Source of the DNA: Phycisphaerae bacterium
GTDB lineage: Bacteria > Planctomycetota > Phycisphaerae > Phycisphaerales > SM1A02
Direction: 5' to 3'
DNA length: 35,008 bases
Assembly (NCBI GenBank): GCA_030432455.1
Contig: JAUIHC010000001.1
Location: 1 to 35,008 of the forward strand
Shown piece after piece: positions 31,649 through 35,008 of the stretch (positions are counted from its first letter, which is position 1; every line of letters begins with the position of its first letter). The position numbers and the translations under genes were made by a program. Below the pieces are notes generated by a model. That model saw only the letters and a program-made list of their open reading frames with translations. It searched no databases and was not told the origin of the DNA.

Positions 31649-31817
31649 GCCCCGCGTCGTTCATCACGTCGAGTGCCGCGCCTACTGCGCCGATTGCGAC
31701 TGGTCATCGAGCAGCCGCTCCGAGGTGCCGGCACGTCAGCATCACCGGGAGACCGGCCACACGGTCGACATCGAGCGCATCGAGCACGTGGCGCTCATGG
31801 GAGAGGGAGAGCGGTGA
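31641..31817 (+). CDS. small Cys/His zinc-finger-like protein (58 aa)
   Basis: Its frame overlaps the end of the previous gene. Sequence: ...CEPRVVHHVECRAYCADCDWSSSSRSEVPARQHHRETGHTVDIE... The GTG start at 31641 is a guess, because there is no in-frame ATG. Confidence 0.4.
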   Translation: MCEPRVVHHVECRAYCADCDWSSSSRSEVPARQHHRETGHTVDIERIEHVALMGEGER

Positions 31818-32038
31818 GCAAGCGAAAGCAGGGCCAACCCGTCACATCGATGACGCGAGACGAACTCGTCGCGCTGCTCGGTGTCATGGCCGCGAGCCCG
31901 GAGCTTCCATCGAACGCGACGGCCAAGCGGCGTCTCCGCGCGGCCCTCGGCATCCCCGAATGGGCGAAGCCCGACGCCTGGACTAAGGCGATCGGCCGCG
32001 CCCTTGACCTCGAATCCGGAAAGGACACGACCTCATGA
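31814..32038 (+). CDS. hypothetical small protein (74 aa)
   Basis: The GTG start forms a GTGA overlap with the previous stop and is preceded by GGGAGAGGGAGAG. An alternative ATG lies at 31850. Confidence 0.4.
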   Translation: MSKRKQGQPVTSMTRDELVALLGVMAASPELPSNATAKRRLRAALGIPEWAKPDAWTKAIGRALDLESGKDTTS

Positions 32039-32535
32039 CCACGATCGCGAAGCGACCGATTCCACCGACCGGCATCCTTCAGGAGTGGGTGGCGCGGCTC
32101 GGACTTCGACACCAGGGGGTCCTGGTGTCTTCGATCCGGGGGTGTGACACCGCTCCGAAGAACGATCCAAGCAAGCGGCTCACGCGAGTGCTGCGCGGGC
32201 TGATCCTCAACACACACTGCGAGAACCCCCACGACGCCCGCAGCTTCATCGAACCGATGGCAGCCGACGAAGCGGTGACCCAAGTGCCGCTCGTCATCGC
32301 CGCTTTCTGCGACGTCGTCGATCAATGCCCGCACCACTTTGTGATGCACGCGGTTCACGCCATCGAGGTGATCGCGTACAAGCATCCGTCCCCGGTCATC
32401 CGCGACATTTGGACCTGGGCGTACTTCGACCTTGCACACCGGCTCCACCTCTCACCCGAGACGGAGGAGCAACTCGACTGCCGCCTGAACGCGGATGAGA
32501 GTGAGTTCGCCGAAGCCCAAGGGGGGATCGGATGA
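32035..32535 (+). CDS. His/Cys-rich hypothetical protein (166 aa), coupled to the BCS1-like ATPase
   Basis: It has ATGA overlaps on both sides. Its motifs are LRHQGVLVSSIRGCD, HCENPHD and CPHHFVMHAVHAIEVIAYKHP. Confidence 0.6.
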   Translation: MTTIAKRPIPPTGILQEWVARLGLRHQGVLVSSIRGCDTAPKNDPSKRLTRVLRGLILNTHCENPHDARSFIEPMAADEAVTQVPLVIAAFCDVVDQCPHHFVMHAVHAIEVIAYKHPSPVIRDIWTWAYFDLAHRLHLSPETEEQLDCRLNADESEFAEAQGGIG

Positions 32536-33869
32536 TGCTGAGCGACGTCTTCTCCATTGCGATGGAGTTTCTTCGCGAGAACGAGTTCGCATCCGGCGGC
32601 TTGGTGATCGGGGCCGCCACCGGCGTGCTCTACTCGATTCGATCACTTCCCGGGAAGCTCTGGGCCCTGCTGCGACGGCGAATCATGTTCGAAGTCGAGG
32701 TGCTCGATACCGACGAGGCGTACAACTGGTTGATGCTCTGGGTGGCAACCAAGACAAGCCGGCGCTGGAACCGTCGAGTAACGGCCGTCACATCCGGCGC
32801 GGGCGCACTCTTCCGTGCGCAGGGGTCCATGTCGTATCAGGGGGAGGACGACAGGCGGGCAATTCGGCTCATTCCCGCGCCCGGAACACACCTCGTGATG
32901 CACCGTGGCTCGCCGGTTCTCGCGCTTCGAAGCCGGGACGATGATTCGAAGAGCATGATGTCCGATCGGCTTCTCCGCCCCGAGAGCCTGACGCTGGTCA
33001 TATTCCGAGGTGGGCGGGGGGCGGCGCTTGAGATCATTGAGGAGGCCCGTTGTCTCGCTCAGCCGAATCAGGACATCAACATCCGGGTGATGGCGTTCGA
33101 GTGGGGATGCTGGTCGACAACCCACCGACTTCGCCGACGTCCGGCAGACTCCGTTGTTCTGGCGAACCATGCCCAGGACGTGATCGTCGAGGACCTCCGC
33201 CGATTCATCGGCTCGGAAGACTGGTATGCGGAGCGGTGCATCCCTTGGCGCCGCGGCTACCTCCTCCACGGTCCGCCCGGGAACGGGAAGACGAGTCTCA
33301 TCCAGGCGATGGCCGCTGAGGCCGGACAGGACATTGGGATCCTCCGCCTTGCAGACAAGGATATGACGGACGCACGTCTCGCCGAAGCGGTGGCCACGAG
33401 CCGCGACAACGGATTGATCCTGGTGATCGAGGATGTCGACGCCGCCTTCGGCCCTGATCGCGAGAAGGGGGAGAAGGGAAGCCAGCTCACATTCAGCGGC
33501 CTCATCAATGCGATCGACGGCCTCAACTCGCCAGGCGGCCAGATCGTCGTGATGACAACGAACCACCCCGACCGACTCGACGAGGCTCTGTTCCGTCCGG
33601 GGCGCGTCGATGTGACGCTTGAGATCGGCAACGCCACGCCTGACCAGGCTCGGCGGATCGCCCTCCGCTTCGGCCTCACTGCCGATGAAGCGAGCGACTT
33701 TGCGACGATGGTTCGTGAAGGTGAGCCCCGGTCGATGGCGTCGCTCCAGGCCGAACTCCTGGCCATGTCATCGAAGCCGGGACGCCGACCGCGGAAGAGT
33801 CCCGGACCTGAGTTGATTGAGAGCCTTCGTGTGCTCGCTGACGATCTCGGCCGAGGGGGTGACGGATGA
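32532..33869 (+). CDS. BCS1-type AAA+ ATPase (N-terminal TM + BCS1_N-like domain + AAA domain)
   Basis: It has an N-terminal TM helix (GGLVIGAATGVLYSI) and then the segments EVEVLDTDEAYNWLMLWVATK, RLIPAPGTHLVMHRGSPVLALRSRD and PWRRGYLLHGPPGNGKTSLIQAMA (Walker A). These are followed by LILVIEDVDAAF (Walker B), LTFSGLINAIDGL and MTTNHPDRLDEALFRPGRVD. These blocks run collinear with the yeast Bcs1 sequence as I remember it. Confidence 0.8.
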   Translation: MMLSDVFSIAMEFLRENEFASGGLVIGAATGVLYSIRSLPGKLWALLRRRIMFEVEVLDTDEAYNWLMLWVATKTSRRWNRRVTAVTSGAGALFRAQGSMSYQGEDDRRAIRLIPAPGTHLVMHRGSPVLALRSRDDDSKSMMSDRLLRPESLTLVIFRGGRGAALEIIEEARCLAQPNQDINIRVMAFEWGCWSTTHRLRRRPADSVVLANHAQDVIVEDLRRFIGSEDWYAERCIPWRRGYLLHGPPGNGKTSLIQAMAAEAGQDIGILRLADKDMTDARLAEAVATSRDNGLILVIEDVDAAFGPDREKGEKGSQLTFSGLINAIDGLNSPGGQIVVMTTNHPDRLDEALFRPGRVDVTLEIGNATPDQARRIALRFGLTADEASDFATMVREGEPRSMASLQAELLAMSSKPGRRPRKSPGPELIESLRVLADDLGRGGDG

Positions 33870-34108
33870 ACCTCGTCCCGCTGACCAGGTGGCAGAGGTT
33901 CGTCCAATGGTGGACGCGTTACGCGCCGATCCCCTGGCGACGCTGCATGTTCTGTCGCAGGTGGTTTTTCAATCGATCGTTCTGGCGACTGTCGAGCATG
34001 CGATGGGGCATCCCTGAGCACTGCTCACGCGCGTGCGCGAATGCGCTGTCCGAAGCGGCCGAGGTTGAGAGGGTCCTCCCGCCCTCGGTTCGGGGAGGTG
34101 ACGGATGA
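33866..34108 (+). CDS. small Trp/Arg-rich protein with a CxxC...CSRAC zinc-ribbon-like motif
   Basis: 80 aa, with ATGA overlaps on both sides. Its Cys residues are arranged as C-x2-C-x22-C-x3-C. Confidence 0.55.
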   Translation: MNLVPLTRWQRFVQWWTRYAPIPWRRCMFCRRWFFNRSFWRLSSMRWGIPEHCSRACANALSEAAEVERVLPPSVRGGDG

Positions 34109-34434
34109 AGGCCCTCAGGATCAAGCTGGGCGGCGAGGATCGCGTCGTATTCAGATGCCCCGCATGCGAAAGCTGCCACAACATCGTCCCGGGTCGTTGG
34201 CGGTGGAACGGCGACGTCGACTCGCCGACCTTCTCGCCGAGCGTCAGGGTCACATGGGGGAACACCAAGTCCGCGAGCTGCTGTCACTTCTTCGTGACCA
34301 ACGGCCGCGTGAAGTTCTGCGCGGACTCGACGCACGCCCTCGCCGGGCAGGAGGTCGATCTGCCCGACCTGACGAGTGATGAGGTCGCATTCTGGAGTGA
34401 GGGGCGGCTGAGGCCGCATGGGGGTGGCGCATGA
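34105..34434 (+). CDS. Cys-rich small protein (resembles the DUF6527-type phage family)
   Basis: 109 aa: FRCPACESCHNIVPGRWRWNGDVDSPTFSPSVRV...SCCHFFVTNGRVKFCADSTHALAGQEV. The pattern CPxC..H......W.wNGd...PtfsPS...CH.f...G...f..DS.H matches my recollection of that family. Confidence 0.55.
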   Translation: MKALRIKLGGEDRVVFRCPACESCHNIVPGRWRWNGDVDSPTFSPSVRVTWGNTKSASCCHFFVTNGRVKFCADSTHALAGQEVDLPDLTSDEVAFWSEGRLRPHGGGA

Positions 34435-34874
34435 AGGGGCGTGAACGCGATTCGATCGACCCGATCGAGGAAGGCATGCAGTTGGCGCGTCGAACCTGGC
34501 GGCGGTGTCCGTCATGCGTCCCGCCGTCCATCGTTCGATGGCTCCGTGATGGCGTGACGATGCGCGCGTCGCACGCGCGGAAGCTCTCGGAGTGGGTGCG
34601 GCACCAGGATGAGGACCTCGCCAATCGGATCCTCGCGGTGGCATATCCGTCGATGCGCCGCCGGGTCCCGTATCGGGTCTGTGTACTCCTCGCCGTCCCC
34701 CTTGTTCTGGTGATTCCATCTTCGCCGCAACGGCTACCGGCTTCCACCTTCGGTCGCGCGTTGATCGCGGCTGGCGCGTGTGAGACGCCGGCTCCGTTCC
34801 TGTATTGGATTTCGCATGAGCCGCTCGCGATCGCGGGCGTTCCTGTTTTGCCGGGCGCGTTCGCAACGTCGTAA
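34431..34874 (+). CDS. hypothetical protein (HTH-like N-terminus plus one hydrophobic helix), last early-operon gene
   Basis: 147 aa with an ATGA overlap onto the previous gene. It has the HTH-like segment SIVRWLRDGVTMRASHARKLSEWV and a TM-like segment (VCVLLAVPLVLVI). Confidence 0.45.
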   Translation: MKGRERDSIDPIEEGMQLARRTWRRCPSCVPPSIVRWLRDGVTMRASHARKLSEWVRHQDEDLANRILAVAYPSMRRRVPYRVCVLLAVPLVLVIPSSPQRLPASTFGRALIAAGACETPAPFLYWISHEPLAIAGVPVLPGAFATS

Positions 34875-34942
34875 GTTGTGCTGCGTCGGCCGGTTATTGC
34901 ATTACCCCGGTTTACCCGCCTGTTCCTGCATTGCTCTTCCGA

Positions 34943-35008
34943 TCACGCCAGCCCCGAGCCGAAGAGCACGCCACCGAACAGGATGCGGTTCGTGTAGTAG
35001 GCATGCGG
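34943..35008 (-). CDS. 3' end of a convergent ORF running in from the right edge (possibly host)
   Basis: The minus-strand frame is open from the window edge to the TGA at 34945-34943 and reads ...PHAYYTNRILFGGVLFGSGLA*. Only 21 codons are visible. Confidence 0.3.
   Translation of the reverse strand, partial: PHAYYTNRILFGGVLFGSGLA

Larger units (their letters stand above)
1..34942. mobile_element. Mu-like transposable prophage (partial: the late operon runs off the left edge; the right boundary is only guessed)
   Basis: A DDE (rve-type) transposase, a MuB-like AAA+ ATPase and a GemA-like gene sit next to a complete head/tail morphogenesis cluster that includes a Mu-F-like protein. There is no tyrosine or serine integrase. 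A convergent, possibly host, ORF begins at 34943. Confidence 0.7.

Noticed and set aside
33866-34108. Calling the 80-aa CxxC...CSRAC protein a YacG-like gyrase inhibitor.
   Set aside because: Only the four-Cys spacing and the CS+xC motif resemble YacG. The intervening loop is longer and there is no other similarity, so this is not enough for a functional call.

Overview
The window is high in G+C (about two-thirds by eye). It is almost entirely one Mu-like (transposable) siphovirus-type prophage with a divergent layout. A late/structural operon of about 20 kb runs on the minus strand from 20134 off the left edge. It encodes small and large terminase, portal, a Mu-F/SPP1-gp7-like head morphogenesis protein, scaffold, an HK97-fold capsid, head-tail adaptors, tail tube, chaperone, a short tape measure and distal tail proteins. 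An early operon of about 12.6 kb runs on the plus strand from 22291 to 34874. It encodes an HTH regulator, a MuA-like DDE transposase, a MuB-like AAA+ protein and a GemA-like protein, followed by about 7.6 kb of accessory genes. The two operons are separated by a lower-GC control region of about 2.2 kb (20135-22290). That region holds only two short minus-strand ORFs and a lot of hairpin-rich non-coding DNA, including one textbook plus-strand intrinsic terminator. Most gene junctions are ATGA/GTGA overlaps or carry GGAG-type SD motifs. I used these to choose real frames and starts over the many high-GC shadow ORFs. I saw no rRNA, tRNA, CRISPR array, reverse transcriptase, tyrosine/serine integrase, recognisable CI-type repressor, capsid protease or endolysin. 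The best candidates for something new are all in the accessory part of the early operon or in the control region: (1) a full-length mitochondrial-type BCS1 AAA+ homologue coupled to a string of small Cys/His-rich proteins; (2) an ABC-ATPase::GNAT fusion coupled to a minimal Fmt-like formyltransferase lacking the catalytic Asn, a possible macromolecule acylation module; (3) a terminator-bounded structured transcript where an immunity repressor would be expected. All functional calls come from motif and position reading without database searches.
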